IMG/VR virus record: IMGVR_UViG_3300021255_003269
Span: 735 to 64,734 of that record
Length of the DNA stretch: 64,000 nucleotides
Strand: one strand, 5' to 3'
Source of the DNA: a virus
Taxonomy: Duplodnaviria; Caudoviricetes
The position numbers and the translations under genes were made by a program. Of the stretch, positions 18,965 to 27,160 are shown piece by piece. Numbering within the stretch: position 1 is the stretch's first letter; each line of letters opens with the position of its first letter. Under the pieces are notes generated by a model. The model worked only from the letters and a program-made list of their open reading frames with translations, was not told the origin of the DNA and ran no database searches.

Positions 18965-19519
18965 TCATACCTTACATATTGGTAGCTTCAATGCAAATTG
19001 AGCTATCTTCAACGCTTTCGGACTCTCAAGATCCAGCGCAAATCCAAATCCGGCAATGATCAGAATCACAGCAACCATCAGGATCTTATCAGCTGAAAGA
19101 CCCATAAACTTCATTTCTTTTACAAGTTTCTTGTTTTTCAGTTCTTGCTCAAGGTCTTTCCGCAAACGAGCGAATTCCTCGCTTCCAGGCTTTGGAGCAC
19201 CCATCTTTTCTTGAAGTTTTACTATTTCATCGGTAATCTTACCAGCCACTTCAATTTCTTGTGCTCTTGCCTTTCTTAAAGCATCGAATCGTTCGTCGTC
19301 TGCTGTTATGTATCTGAGCTGTTCCTGAATATCATTAATCGTGTCTTGAACATTGTCAAGCTCGTCCATCTTTTCAGCCAACAGTTCCTGCAGTTGCTTG
19401 TACTCTTCTGATTCCGGATCAGGACCAAATTCTGTCCTTTTCTTGATCGTCGCTATCGTTGCATCAATATCACTCTTCTTTAACTTTCTTGCGGCTTGCC
19501 ACTTTTGTAGAATTGTCAT
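18965..19519 (-). CDS. Coiled-coil protein with C-terminal TM segment
   Basis: Start re-called at MTILQKW (SD GAAAGGAG); TM ILMVAVILIIAGFGFAL. Confidence 0.7.
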   Translation of the reverse strand: MTILQKWQAARKLKKSDIDATIATIKKRTEFGPDPESEEYKQLQELLAEKMDELDNVQDTINDIQEQLRYITADDERFDALRKARAQEIEVAGKITDEIVKLQEKMGAPKPGSEEFARLRKDLEQELKNKKLVKEMKFMGLSADKILMVAVILIIAGFGFALDLESPKALKIAQFALKLPICKV

Positions 19520-20528
19520 TTTGCTCTCCTTTCTTTTTAGCAGCCTTCTCTTCATTATCAGCGATGTTCTTAGTGCTGGCCTTCTCTTTTTCTTTCATGC
19601 TCAGCTCAACACGACGTTTGCCGTCATCGCAACTAACCCGGATCTCTTGAATATCATCCTCATTGATTTCTTTGAAAACATTCAGCTTTTCTTTTTTGCT
19701 TACCGGCATCGGCAGCCAGTCACGAAGTTTGTTGTAATAGTTGCCTTTGTTACCAAGTAGCTTCTTGACCATGCAGAGAACCAGACCCTTTTCCGGATCG
19801 TACTTATCATTTTTACCACACTTGACGACGGTTTTCGTGCCATCCTTCCAGAATACAATAGTGGCAGGGTTCCTATACACTACTGACCAGATCTTCGGAA
19901 GCGTGGCAGGCTGATCTTTAAGTATTAATTGAGCTCCACTTAATGCTGAAATCTCATCAATAAGATGAGCAGTACTTTGAAGTCCTTCAAGCTTGACGCC
20001 GATGTTCATTATGGGTGCCTCCGATCTAACTCCTGCAGTAGTAACATGGAATTCCTTTTTCAAAAATTCACATTCTTCGAATCTATTTCTCAAATTTATT
20101 TCTTCCAAATAATGCCAAATTTTCACACGGAGTCTCTGCGGATAATCAGTTTCGCTAACCTCATAGCAATAGACACGATTTGGAAGCATAGTAACAGATG
20201 CAGCCTCTATATTTGGATTTTCTAAAAACTCTTGTGCTGTAGTAATAACAAGTGTATAGTCCTTGTCAATGAGGAATGATCCATCCGAGCATATCCTATC
20301 ATCAGACAAACGTACTGGCTTGTGGTATGCATGAAGTATGACTTTGGTTAAATCAAACACCCCGTTCTCATTATACAAGTATGCTTTATTCTGTGACATC
20401 GGGAGTATACGGTCTTGTGTAAACCGCGCCATCTGCTTTGAAGACTTTATACAGCAAATCCTAACAGAAGGTATAGCACCATTTTTTGTCATTAAATAAG
20501 GAAGCTGATCTGTGTAATAAATGCTCAT
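19470..20528 (-). CDS. Hypothetical protein with conserved phage C-terminal domain
   Basis: NPATIVFWKDGTKTVVKC...YDPEKGL motif recalled from related phages. Confidence 0.7.
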   Translation of the reverse strand: MSIYYTDQLPYLMTKNGAIPSVRICCIKSSKQMARFTQDRILPMSQNKAYLYNENGVFDLTKVILHAYHKPVRLSDDRICSDGSFLIDKDYTLVITTAQEFLENPNIEAASVTMLPNRVYCYEVSETDYPQRLRVKIWHYLEEINLRNRFEECEFLKKEFHVTTAGVRSEAPIMNIGVKLEGLQSTAHLIDEISALSGAQLILKDQPATLPKIWSVVYRNPATIVFWKDGTKTVVKCGKNDKYDPEKGLVLCMVKKLLGNKGNYYNKLRDWLPMPVSKKEKLNVFKEINEDDIQEIRVSCDDGKRRVELSMKEKEKASTKNIADNEEKAAKKKGEQNDNSTKVASRKKVKEE

Positions 20529-20533
20529 ATTAT

Positions 20534-20854
20534 TTATCTCCTTTTCTTATTCTGCTTGACATAGTTGTCAACAAGCTTTTTCAGGTTTTCGAGTGCAGGT
20601 TCAGTGAACTGAATGCATTTAATCTCATCAATAGGACGATTCTTAAAGAACTTCGCGATATCTTCGGCGAATTTAAGAACCTTGTCTTCCTTTACTTCAT
20701 ACGAGACACCCTCAACATCAGTAGAATGCGAAAGAGGTGGGACATGCATATTCTCAAACTCTTCTGCATCTTCTGCTGTATAAATTGGGAAATCATTGGA
20801 TCCTATCATAATATCCTCAATCCTTCTCACAAATGTGATCTCCTTCTGGAACAT
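20534..20854 (-). CDS. Hypothetical protein
   Basis: Shares the C-terminal module DKVLKFAxDI...IQxxEPxL with 21445-22092. Confidence 0.65.
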   Translation of the reverse strand: MFQKEITFVRRIEDIMIGSNDFPIYTAEDAEEFENMHVPPLSHSTDVEGVSYEVKEDKVLKFAEDIAKFFKNRPIDEIKCIQFTEPALENLKKLVDNYVKQNKKRR

Positions 20855-21029
20855 TATCCAAATGGTATAAGCTTAGTTGCTCAAGGCACAAAGCCGTTTC
20901 TCCAGGATTTGGTGTAGACAATATCCATTGCTCAATCGTGGAATAACCTTTTGCAGCCATCTGGTCTGCTATTATAGCGGCCAATAATCCAGACGTTTTG
21001 CTTGATCCTCTGGCAGCAACGATGAACAT
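20817..21029 (-). CDS. Small hypothetical protein
   Basis: 70-aa ORF coupled to neighbours. Confidence 0.45.
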   Translation of the reverse strand: MFIVAARGSSKTSGLLAAIIADQMAAKGYSTIEQWILSTPNPGETALCLEQLSLYHLDNVPEGDHICEKD

Positions 21030-21031
21030 CG

Positions 21032-21448
21032 TTACACCACGCTTTTAATAGCATTGACAATATAGTCTATTAGTTCTTTTATCCCGTCAATTGTCATGTT
21101 CACATTATCAAAGGTGGCCGTATGAGCAATCAGCATTTCCACGCTTGCTACTTTGCCAGGAATAAATATTGAAGCTATGCATAAGATCAAACCAATTATA
21201 AAGCATATTTTTGTTAATTTTAGAAGATCATGCACCATTACTACTTTGTCTTCATCCGGAACATATACATAATCACCTTTTTTGGCATCATACACACGTT
21301 CTGTCGTATCATCCCGATTATAGAAGTAGCCAATGCAAGTGCCGATTCCAGTAGCTAAAAGAACGCCACCAAAAACCGCGCAAACAGTCTGCAGTATTCC
21401 AAAGACATTAATCCAGTAGAATACAGCAGGGTTGATTACATAATTCAT
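21032..21448 (-). CDS. Two-TM membrane protein
   Basis: MNYVINPAVFYWINV N-terminus; two hydrophobic segments. Confidence 0.7.
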   Translation of the reverse strand: MNYVINPAVFYWINVFGILQTVCAVFGGVLLATGIGTCIGYFYNRDDTTERVYDAKKGDYVYVPDEDKVVMVHDLLKLTKICFIIGLILCIASIFIPGKVASVEMLIAHTATFDNVNMTIDGIKELIDYIVNAIKSVV

Positions 21449-22092
21449 AATGTTCTCCTTTCATGCTCTTTAACGTATCTCTCAGCCAATTCTCTAAACC
21501 ACGTCAAGCTCGGTTCTTTAAGTTGAATATATTGAATATTGTGACCGTCACTTTCAAAAGTTTCGCTGATATCTTTAGCAAACTTTAAGACCTTGTCGTC
21601 CATCAGTTGCATACTCATTCCGGGAATATCAGACTTCTCCTTTGTTTCACATGTGCCGACCTTAGTGACGTTCAACGGTCTAAAATATGATTCTCTGATA
21701 ATGCAAGCCTCATTATTGTCGAGTTTGAATGCCCTAATATACTTGCAACCATCAGGAAGCGTCGGCATATGCTGTAAGAAGAACGGCTCCCACGCCTTTA
21801 CGAAGAACATATCCGTGTTTTCGTTCCTGTTAATATAACCACCCGGGGTCCACTCGAGAATAACCGGCGTATTGTAGAAAGGGTTCTCCCTCTCTTTGAG
21901 GTCATAAATCTTGCCGTTGAGGTTCATGAGTCCGCAAAAATTCACATGGCTCACGATGTCTTTTATTCTAAATGCTTGTTCGACGCCTAGTATGCAGGAT
22001 AGCTGCCTAACGGTGCCATCGAATTCAACAATGTACCAATCGCCGTTAAACTGGCTCAACTCACTTTGATCTGTATATACAGTCGTGGTCAT
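21445..22092 (-). CDS. Hypothetical protein
   Basis: 215 aa; SD GAAAGGAG. Confidence 0.65.
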   Translation of the reverse strand: MTTTVYTDQSELSQFNGDWYIVEFDGTVRQLSCILGVEQAFRIKDIVSHVNFCGLMNLNGKIYDLKERENPFYNTPVILEWTPGGYINRNENTDMFFVKAWEPFFLQHMPTLPDGCKYIRAFKLDNNEACIIRESYFRPLNVTKVGTCETKEKSDIPGMSMQLMDDKVLKFAKDISETFESDGHNIQYIQLKEPSLTWFRELAERYVKEHERRTL

Positions 22093-22114
22093 GATAATCT
22101 CCTTTCAAATATCC

Positions 22115-22342
22115 TTATACCATCGTATTAGCCGGGTGTGTGATCGTAGCCAGATGCCAGTCCTCGTGTCCGTTATCGCCAAACACATAAATCACTCCGG
22201 AATTATACCAATCGCCGGTCGCCATCTTAACTCTAATTGTATTTTGTGATTCATGTTTCCAGGATTCAATATGATCCTTCCAGCCGCCAAAGAATCTCTT
22301 AAACTGCTCAAATAGCCACTTATCGCGTTCTTCTTCAGGCAT
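22115..22342 (-). CDS. Small hypothetical protein
   Basis: 75 aa, TAATG coupling. Confidence 0.6.
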   Translation of the reverse strand: MPEEERDKWLFEQFKRFFGGWKDHIESWKHESQNTIRVKMATGDWYNSGVIYVFGDNGHEDWHLATITHPANTMV

Positions 22343-22605
22343 TATCTTACTTCACCACTTTTCCTATTTTTGACATAAATAATCGAGTCACCATTTTCAA
22401 GCCAAAAACGTATTCCATTTGGTATGCTGACCCAATCTTTCCCTTCGGCAGCAAACGGCGTGCACAAATCGTCAATGTACATATCTCCAGCGGGACGCCA
22501 ATCTGATATTTTCGTTTGTGTCAATGTAAATTGTGATTGTGCATAATCGGCCAATTCACCTAAAGTCATTTGGCATTTCTTGTCATCGCCACATTTTCTA
22601 TTCAT
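22342..22605 (-). CDS. Small hypothetical protein
   Basis: 87 aa; DWRPA...IPNGIRFWLENGDSIIY pattern. Confidence 0.6.
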   Translation of the reverse strand: MNRKCGDDKKCQMTLGELADYAQSQFTLTQTKISDWRPAGDMYIDDLCTPFAAEGKDWVSIPNGIRFWLENGDSIIYVKNRKSGEVR

Positions 22606-22619
22606 GCTGAATTATTCTC

Positions 22620-22775
22620 CTATTTATGCCGCTTAAATTTCCAAGGATTGATGGCCGTTCCTTCGTGTCTTTTATATCCGCATTTCGTACATCTCCACGT
22701 GCCACTGCCGAACATATCAGGAGGACACCACCTCAAATACTTGCCGCAGTTTGGGCATACATCATTTCTTTTCAT
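22620..22775 (-). CDS. 51-aa zinc-ribbon peptide (not in ORF track)
   Basis: MKRNDVCPNCGKYLRWCPPDMFGSGTWRCTKCGY...; SD GGGAG. Confidence 0.65.
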   Translation of the reverse strand: MKRNDVCPNCGKYLRWCPPDMFGSGTWRCTKCGYKRHEGTAINPWKFKRHK

Positions 22776-22787
22776 GAATTAAGCTCC

Positions 22788-23177
22788 CTACTTTATGTAA
22801 TCCAGTTGCTTGCGAATATCACTCGGAACGTTGCCTTCCCATACATACGAGTTTTTCAGCACATATTCATTGTAGGATGCCGCAGTCTTGTTAGCTCTCA
22901 TTTTTGCCTGTTCTGCCCAGCCCTGCTTTTCGGTGTCGGCGCTGTCTTTGTACTGATCGTAGGTCAAGATGTCGCTGGTATAGCTGCTGATCATGGCGCG
23001 GCAGGAATCTTCAACCTTCTTTCGCGTCTGGTACAATGTCGCGTCATCCACCTTGTGCATGGTATACTGGTAACTGTTCCAGACAGCCCGTCCGGACGGC
23101 ACGAGCGTGAAAAACAGCGTTGCCAGTATCAGGATCGTGCAAGCCACGGCTACAATGATCTTTGTTGTTTCACTCAT
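22788..23177 (-). CDS. N-terminally anchored membrane protein
   Basis: TM IIVAVACTILILATLFFTLV. Confidence 0.75.
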   Translation of the reverse strand: MSETTKIIVAVACTILILATLFFTLVPSGRAVWNSYQYTMHKVDDATLYQTRKKVEDSCRAMISSYTSDILTYDQYKDSADTEKQGWAEQAKMRANKTAASYNEYVLKNSYVWEGNVPSDIRKQLDYIK

Positions 23178-23745
23178 TGCTGTTTACCTCATATGTCACA
23201 ACAGGCTTTTCGACCGTGAACGGAATGTCACTGTACAGATACTCTCCAGTCCATTCCACGTATTTTCCATCAGGCGTGAAGAAGAAGATTCCGTTGTCAT
23301 TCTCTCCGTAACTGCCGTCCACGTCCGCAAGCCAATTGTTATATTTCGTGTATCTTTCACCATTGTAAACCAGTTCATAATAATCGCTGTCAGGCGTAAG
23401 AAAACTATTGAGGGATGATACCTTTCCGTCTACAACGAAGCGCCCCACGGTGGCGTTTCCTGCGAAAAGAACGATATATCCAAGTGGCTTTTCTATCTCG
23501 CATACCAATGTGTTCGCCTTTTCGCGCTGACCGTTGACCCAATATGTGCGCCGGATCAGGTTATACCGCTCAAGTGAATAGTTAATATCGGTCGGCGTTG
23601 GCTGGTTGCTGGCAAGATTGTTAGCAACGGCTTTCTGAGCAATTTTGTCTGCGGCGGACCCAGAAACTGGTAGCGGTTCATCTGAACACGCCGTAGTAGC
23701 AACCATAACGACCATAAGGAGCATGATAAACCATAGCTTTTTCAT
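23170..23745 (-). CDS. Putative lipoprotein
   Basis: Signal MKKLWFIMLLMVVMVATTA-C (lipobox-like). Confidence 0.7.
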   Translation of the reverse strand: MKKLWFIMLLMVVMVATTACSDEPLPVSGSAADKIAQKAVANNLASNQPTPTDINYSLERYNLIRRTYWVNGQREKANTLVCEIEKPLGYIVLFAGNATVGRFVVDGKVSSLNSFLTPDSDYYELVYNGERYTKYNNWLADVDGSYGENDNGIFFFTPDGKYVEWTGEYLYSDIPFTVEKPVVTYEVNSNE

Positions 23746-23809
23746 TGTTTTGTCCCTCCGTTCGTTTTTTCATTTGCTTTGGTCAAAAGAGTCATTATCT
23801 TATAGTTGG

Positions 23810-24037
23810 TCATGGTACATCATCCACTCCATCCATTGGTTCAACCCTTGAGGGAGCAGGATGCATCAGGACTTTGGCATAGATTTTCTTGTTGCCTAAG
23901 TAGTCCTCGGATGCGTAGACCGTCGCTTCAATCTTCACAGTCTCGGGATTCCGATCGTGGAAATGCTTTTCAAGGATCCGTTCCAGGTCTTCTTGATCAA
24001 GATCAATCCGCTTTAGCATTGTTTCGATCATTGGCAT
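23810..24037 (-). CDS. Small hypothetical protein
   Basis: 75-aa ORF. Confidence 0.55.
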   Translation of the reverse strand: MPMIETMLKRIDLDQEDLERILEKHFHDRNPETVKIEATVYASEDYLGNKKIYAKVLMHPAPSRVEPMDGVDDVP

Positions 24038-24362
24038 CCTCCAACACTCTTAAAGTCCATAACTTACCATCATGGTTGAGCACTTCGTAATTTTTGTAGA
24101 CCTCTTCCCAAGGAACTGTATCTGGAATATAAGCTTTCACTTCTATGTGCGGCTTTCGAGAAAAAGCAGCAACGGCAAGAAGTGTAAATACAACAATACC
24201 AATACCGGCTAACAAACTGGTACCGTCGTCTCCATCACGCCATGCACTGATTAGAACTGCCAGCATCAGCACTGCAACGATAACACACACAATTCCCCAT
24301 CCAGTTCCACTAGGACAGGTTTTGCTGCTCAATATCATGATTTCAGAAGCGGTTTCAGTCAT
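24003..24362 (-). CDS. Two-TM membrane protein
   Basis: Two hydrophobic segments. Confidence 0.65.
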   Translation of the reverse strand: MTETASEIMILSSKTCPSGTGWGIVCVIVAVLMLAVLISAWRDGDDGTSLLAGIGIVVFTLLAVAAFSRKPHIEVKAYIPDTVPWEEVYKNYEVLNHDGKLWTLRVLEDANDRNNAKAD

Positions 24363-24715
24363 GATTTATTACCTCCTGTCACTTCTTCATATCTCTTTGC
24401 AACATCGTTGTTTTCCTTTGAGATAAGGCCAAGCATCAAAGGAATCGATACTGGCCAAATAATTGAAAGAAACAGGAAATTGGCCGGAAATGTACGTTTG
24501 GTCTTTTGTTTATCATAATTAGCATTATTATGAAGCACATAATTTTGCTGTTTTTCCGGCAGGTCTTTAATGTTCTTCGGATTTTTATAGCAAATAAGAA
24601 AAGTGATTAATACGCAGACCATCCCAATAAGTCCAATGACTAAATATCCGGTGATTGCTAAACCAATACTAATCATTTTGTGTCCTCCTCTGCATAAGCG
24701 CTTTCGATCATCCAT
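24359..24715 (-). CDS. Membrane protein
   Basis: Two hydrophobic segments; start may be MISIGL. Confidence 0.6.
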   Translation of the reverse strand: MDDRKRLCRGGHKMISIGLAITGYLVIGLIGMVCVLITFLICYKNPKNIKDLPEKQQNYVLHNNANYDKQKTKRTFPANFLFLSIIWPVSIPLMLGLISKENNDVAKRYEEVTGGNKS

Positions 24716-24966
24716 TCGAGGTATACTCGAGCCTTCTTAAGATCTTCAATGCCTCCTTTGTTCCTCCAACGGCTGATGTACTTAAGAACATTACCTTCAC
24801 AATATCCTGTAAATTCTTTCGGGTTCAACTTGTCTCTGATGTAGTCGATAACTTCAATGTTGCCCATAGTGTAATGCGATGGGTGATTTACATTATCGAC
24901 TGGGTCCTTTACAGTAATGGTGGCAGGATTAGTTTGACTGACGATCATAATAGTAGCTCCTTTCAA
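24673..24966 (-). CDS. DUF3310 family (T7 gp1.7-like nucleotide kinase domain)
   Basis: DNVNHPSHY...IEVIDYI...GNVLKYISRWRNKGGIEDLKKARVYL. Confidence 0.9.
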   Translation of the reverse strand: MKGATIMIVSQTNPATITVKDPVDNVNHPSHYTMGNIEVIDYIRDKLNPKEFTGYCEGNVLKYISRWRNKGGIEDLKKARVYLEWMIESAYAEEDTK

Positions 24967-25063
24967 TTAGTTAATGAATATAGTTATTTATATAAAAGAC
25001 AAAGGAGCAAGTTCGTCATTCTAGCTCCTTCGCCAAAAATTTAAAAAGAGACTAACTGTCTCT

Positions 25064-25089
25064 TCATTATATAGTGTGTTTTTTACGCG
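25064..25089 (-). promoter_or_regulatory. Phage promoter motif copy 6
   Basis: CGCGTAAAAAACACACTATATAATGA; followed immediately by a hairpin and U-tract. Confidence 0.75.
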
Positions 25090-25134
25090 TGTTAAAAGAC
25101 AAAGAGCCAAGTTCAGCTCTTCATCTTTGAAGAC

Positions 25135-25503
25135 TCAATTGTCGTAATACACCATTCCAATCATTACGTCAGGATATCTTTTCGCTCTTGCATAAATCCT
25201 TACATTGTCACGTCCACATTCTTCGACAGCTAAATTAAGTCCATAACTGTTTCGCTTAGTAATATCTCTTGCCAGGTCATTCATCTTAATGCTCACGAAT
25301 TTCTGATAGCTGTGGGGTCTCGGTCTGTCATCTCTGACCAGTCGCAACCATTCCATTTTCCACATATCTTTCTTATTTCGTGATTCCTGAATGAGAGCAA
25401 ATCTTAAATCGTAATACTCGCGTACTAAATTGTTATATTCTTCTTGTGAAATCTGTCTCGATTGAGTCCATTTCCATTTCAGTTTTTCTAATAAATTGCT
25501 CAT
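25135..25503 (-). CDS. Hypothetical protein in a promoter-terminator cassette
   Basis: Start re-called at MSNLLEK after SD GGAGG. Confidence 0.7.
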   Translation of the reverse strand: MSNLLEKLKWKWTQSRQISQEEYNNLVREYYDLRFALIQESRNKKDMWKMEWLRLVRDDRPRPHSYQKFVSIKMNDLARDITKRNSYGLNLAVEECGRDNVRIYARAKRYPDVMIGMVYYDN

Positions 25504-25547
25504 GTCTATACCTCCTAATTCTGTTGCAGTACCAGACATTTTCGTCT

Positions 25548-25573
25548 TCATTATTAGGAGTGTTTTTGCCGCT
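25548..25573 (-). promoter_or_regulatory. Phage promoter motif copy 7
   Basis: AGCGGCAAAAACACTCCTAATAATGA. Confidence 0.65.
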
Positions 25574-25626
25574 GGATTCGTTTTTCCAAAAATAAAAAAG
25601 GCTGCAAGTAGCAGCCATCGATGGAA

Positions 25627-25929
25627 TTACTTTTTCTGGTATCGTCCTCGCATATCATGCAGCTTCCACATCTTGGCAATCAGTTCTTTTTCAAACTTCG
25701 TTGCCGATCCAGGTACTGCATTTAATACTTTTTGTCGTTCAGTAACCAGTTCGAGTATTTCATCAAATAAGTCATCATACTCTTTCACCTTTTCATTGAG
25801 GCAATAAATATCATCCTCCAGTTCTGTTGCTTCGTTCCACAAATTTTTAACTAGTCTTCCTTCACGCAGTTTGTTGTCTTTCTCCAAATCAACTACGATT
25901 CGTCCAATAGCATCCCAATTCGTTTTCAT
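25627..25929 (-). CDS. Coiled-coil hypothetical protein in a promoter-terminator cassette
   Basis: SD GAAAGGAG; downstream hairpin GGCTGC/GCAGCC. Confidence 0.7.
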   Translation of the reverse strand: MKTNWDAIGRIVVDLEKDNKLREGRLVKNLWNEATELEDDIYCLNEKVKEYDDLFDEILELVTERQKVLNAVPGSATKFEKELIAKMWKLHDMRGRYQKK

Positions 25930-25963
25930 GAAACAGGTCTCCTTTCAATATTTGAGTTGGTCC

Positions 25964-25989
25964 TCATTAAAGGAAATGTTTTTGCCGCT
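25964..25989 (-). promoter_or_regulatory. Phage promoter motif copy 8
   Basis: AGCGGCAAAAACATTTCCTTTAATGA. Confidence 0.65.
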
Positions 25990-26015
25990 TCTTTGGGAGA
26001 AGGCGATCGTTACTG

Positions 26016-26059
26016 CTTGGTAAGGATGAGGTCACCGGTTCAAATCCGGTCATCAGCTC
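26016..26059 (+). other. Putative attP core: 3' half of tRNA-Thr(GGU)
   Basis: CTTGGTAAGGATGAGGTCACCGGTTCAAATCCGGTCATCAGCTC comprises anticodon loop (GGT), T-arm ACCGG-TTCAAAT-CCGGT and 3' acceptor strand; the 5' half (GCTGATG, D-arm) is absent; integrase lies 1.1 kb away. Confidence 0.85.
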
Positions 26060-26230
26060 TGAGAAAGTCTGTCGGAAATGGCAGGCTTTCTTCAATTTTC
26101 AGATATGTTTTTGTGGTATTTGGTAAAAATGAGAAAAAGTGAAATGAGACGCTGGCAATTTTGCGGACGCGCAAAATAACTAAAACGCCTCATTTCACAA
26201 TCGGATGTGTATGGCTACTTTTGGCAACTG

Positions 26231-26386
26231 TCACCTTCCAAACAGGGCAAACACCAAAATGCCGACACATAGAATGACGATCCATTTCGTGGCCCTACCG
26301 AATGTTCCGCCTTTTACTTTTTCGCCAATCAGATCGATGCAAATATAAACTGCCAGCATTACAACTACGGTCACGAACTCTTTCAC
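26231..26386 (-). CDS. Cassette D: 51-aa two-TM peptide (not in ORF track)
   Basis: GTG start inside repeat R4; MKEFVTVVVMLAVYICIDLIGEKVKGGTFGRATKWIVILCVGILVFALFGR. Confidence 0.7.
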   Translation of the reverse strand: MKEFVTVVVMLAVYICIDLIGEKVKGGTFGRATKWIVILCVGILVFALFGR

Positions 26387-26413
26387 ATCATTTCCCTCGC
26401 TTTCCCAAGAATA

Positions 26414-26647
26414 TCAGAAATTGTATCTTGTATCTTTCCATTCGGTTAGTTCTAAGCCATCTCCAAAACCTGTAGATGGAAATTTGAATTCTTTTATAAG
26501 TTTTATAAGGATCTCCATTTGTTCTTTACTCAATGGTGTTGGGACTTTCAAAATATAGGGAATGCCATCGTCTTTGTCGACTCTTACCTGGCCATAATAA
26601 GGCTCTATCGAGTATTTGATCAGCTTCATCGTTTTTTCGTTTTCCAT
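26414..26647 (-). CDS. Cassette C: 77-aa hypothetical protein
   Basis: ATG overlaps the TAA of repeat R3; stop lies inside R4. Confidence 0.7.
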   Translation of the reverse strand: MENEKTMKLIKYSIEPYYGQVRVDKDDGIPYILKVPTPLSKEQMEILIKLIKEFKFPSTGFGDGLELTEWKDTRYNF

Positions 26648-26677
26648 TACATCATTTTCCTCGCTTTCTTAAGAATA

Positions 26678-26968
26678 TTAGTTCTGTTTTAGGTTGGCTA
26701 TGGTCAGCAATCCATTCCATCCCTCTGCCAATTTGTGCATGTTGTCTTCCCACTCGTCCCAAGGCGCTTGTGCTTCTGGATGATCTTTATACCATTGCTT
26801 GATTTCTTTCCACTTTTGAGCAATTATTTCTTTTGAATCAACTTCTGGATTGAATCTTATAGGACAAGTGATTGGTCTGCATTTTTCGCACAACCAGTAT
26901 TTGTCACTTACCAAAGGAGCCCCGCAACGAGAACATCGTTTTTCCATAAATTTTTGTATGTCGACCAT
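26678..26968 (-). CDS. Cassette B: 96-aa zinc-ribbon protein
   Basis: CSRC...CEKC; ATG overlaps the TAA of R2; stop lies inside R3. Confidence 0.7.
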   Translation of the reverse strand: MVDIQKFMEKRCSRCGAPLVSDKYWLCEKCRPITCPIRFNPEVDSKEIIAQKWKEIKQWYKDHPEAQAPWDEWEDNMHKLAEGWNGLLTIANLKQN

Positions 26969-26998
26969 TACATCATTTCCCTCGCTTTCTCAAGAATA

Positions 26999-27160
26999 TT
27001 AGTCGTTTTTGTCAGAAATACTTGATTTCATTTTAGAATTTGCTGGCAATGATTGGCAATCTGCAAATTTTTTGAAAAGCTCTATAAACAGTTTGATAGC
27101 AGTATCTTTTTTCATAGTTACTTCCCAATGAGTTGGAGTTGGGATCTTTTTATTGCTCAC
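26999..27160 (-). CDS. Cassette A: possible 53-aa peptide (not in ORF track)
   Basis: GTG overlaps the integrase TGA; stop lies inside R2; contains tandem TGGCAAT so it may be an att arm rather than a gene. Confidence 0.4.
   Translation of the reverse strand: MSNKKIPTPTHWEVTMKKDTAIKLFIELFKKFADCQSLPANSKMKSSISDKND

Noticed and set aside
26016-26059. Functional tRNA-Thr gene
   Set aside because: The 5' acceptor strand and D-arm are missing; better explained as the attP core.
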